Notes under the pieces: model-generated
What the model was told of the DNA's origin: nothing
Database searches by the model: none
Seen by the model: only the letters and a program-made list of their open reading frames with translations
Source of the DNA: a virus
Reading direction: 5' to 3' (one strand)
DNA: 64,000 bases
IMG/VR virus record: IMGVR_UViG_3300022562_001652
Location: 32,001 to 96,000 of that record
Shown: piece by piece, positions 63,131-64,000 of the stretch
Layout of the letters: each line of letters begins with the position of its first letter
How positions within the stretch are numbered: the first letter of the stretch is position 1
Translations under genes and position numbers: made by a program

Positions 63131-63309
63131 CGATCGCCGAGATGTTCGAAGAGCTGAAGCGCCTCGTGGACGAGGACGAGTACAACGCAGACGACACCGT
63201 CGTAGCGATGGTGGTCGAGAAGTCCGACGGATCTGGTGCCTTCGCGGAGGAGATCGTGTCTCTAGCGCCAGAGAAGTGGGGAGGTCGGACGGTCATCGTG
63301 GTGCGGTGA
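63127..63309 (+). CDS. hypothetical protein
   Basis: 60 aa, coupled. Confidence 0.6.
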   Translation: MTIAEMFEELKRLVDEDEYNADDTVVAMVVEKSDGSGAFAEEIVSLAPEKWGGRTVIVVR

Positions 63310-63497
63310 TGAGACCCTCTCGGGAGGAGGGTTTCTGTCTCGCCGAGCGCGAAGAGGAGGCGAAGCATCGGCGAAACAAGAAAGGGGTAGCGGAGTGTGG
63401 GACTCCCGCCAAGCAGGAGGATCTGACGGACGACATCGACGAGGTTACTTGCCCAAGATGCGCCGTTACTCCGCTCTTTCCGAGAGGTACTCAATGA
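63309..63497 (+). CDS. small protein with C...VTCPRC motif
   Basis: TGATG overlap with the upstream gene. Confidence 0.55.
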   Translation: MRPSREEGFCLAEREEEAKHRRNKKGVAECGTPAKQEDLTDDIDEVTCPRCAVTPLFPRGTQ

Positions 63498-64000
63498 AGG
63501 CGATAGCTGCCGCGTGTGTCGTAGCTTTTTCAACTTCCTGTGGATCCTCTACACCTGACTCGAACGCGACGGCGTTGTTCGTGGACATGTCGACTCTGCC
63601 GTACCCAGATCGGATCGACGACGCTGAGGCCACTGTCGAAGAAACCATCTCGTTTTACGAAGAGCGTGGCTTCTCGATACTCCGAGCCAGTACCAGGGAG
63701 ACGTCGAACGTGTACCTGTACTGGGGGGAAACGACGTATCTTGGGTATACCAGCCACAACCCTGGCGGTGTCGTGATCGTGATTCGAGACCACCTAGCCA
63801 ACCACCTCGAGTGGTGGTGGGAAGAGGATGGTTTGGAGCGCTGCAGCCCCGGCATGGCCGACATGACTGGGATCATCATGCATGAAATCGGACACGCTCT
63901 CGGGCTCGTGCATGTCGAGGATGACCGGGACGTGATGGACCCTGGGCTGGTCCCTTGCGAACCGCGTCGACGGTTGTCACAGACGCGGAACGGAGTCTTC
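63494..64000 (+). CDS. matrixin/M10-like metzincin lipoprotein (truncated by the window edge)
   Basis: Manually translated: signal MKAIAAACVVAFSTS-C; HEIGHALGLVH plus Met-turn DVM. Confidence 0.85.
   Translation, partial: MKAIAAACVVAFSTSCGSSTPDSNATALFVDMSTLPYPDRIDDAEATVEETISFYEERGFSILRASTRETSNVYLYWGETTYLGYTSHNPGGVVIVIRDHLANHLEWWWEEDGLERCSPGMADMTGIIMHEIGHALGLVHVEDDRDVMDPGLVPCEPRRRLSQTRNGVF

Noticed and set aside
1-64000. tRNA genes, introns/inteins, integrase, reverse transcriptase/DGR or transposase
   Set aside because: No cloverleaf with T-loop/CCA, intein or homing-nuclease motifs, recombinase or RT motifs were recognised by eye; a tRNAscan or HMM run would be needed to exclude them fully.

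Overview
The window is a gene-dense, GC-rich (roughly 55-60% by eye) segment of a large contractile-tailed (myovirus) phage genome, coded almost entirely on the minus strand. From left to right it holds: (i) a replication and nucleotide block (DnaG-type primase, beta-class DNA methyltransferase, HAD deoxynucleotidase, stand-alone NrdJ C-terminal/TSCPD-like domain, DnaB-like helicase, UvsW-like SF2 helicase); (ii) fibre and adhesin genes, including a 1388-aa protein with about 34 tandem 20-aa repeats, an NlpC/P60 hydrolase and a beta-helix tailspike; (iii) baseplate, tape measure fused to an M23 peptidase, a chaperone pair with a probable +1 frameshift, tube, sheath, neck, a SPO1/Twort-like major capsid protein, scaffold and prohead protease; (iv) an unusual island between protease and portal (PI3/4K-HipA-like kinase, MuF-like protein, Acb1-like 2H phosphoesterase, and a 1337-aa modular protein punctuated by K-[A/S] linkers); (v) portal, dcd and tmk; (vi) a ~570-bp gap with a consensus sigma70 promoter in front of a densely base-paired ~400-nt tract; (vii) holin and spanins, thyX with a zinc-finger insertion, a YqaJ nuclease, an XRE regulator and a truncated matrixin-like lipoprotein. 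No terminase, DNA polymerase, integrase, tRNA or CRISPR array was seen. The strongest novelty candidates are a protease-processed, capsid-packaged effector polyprotein system and the orphan structured ncRNA. All family calls come from motif recognition by eye; no database search was run.
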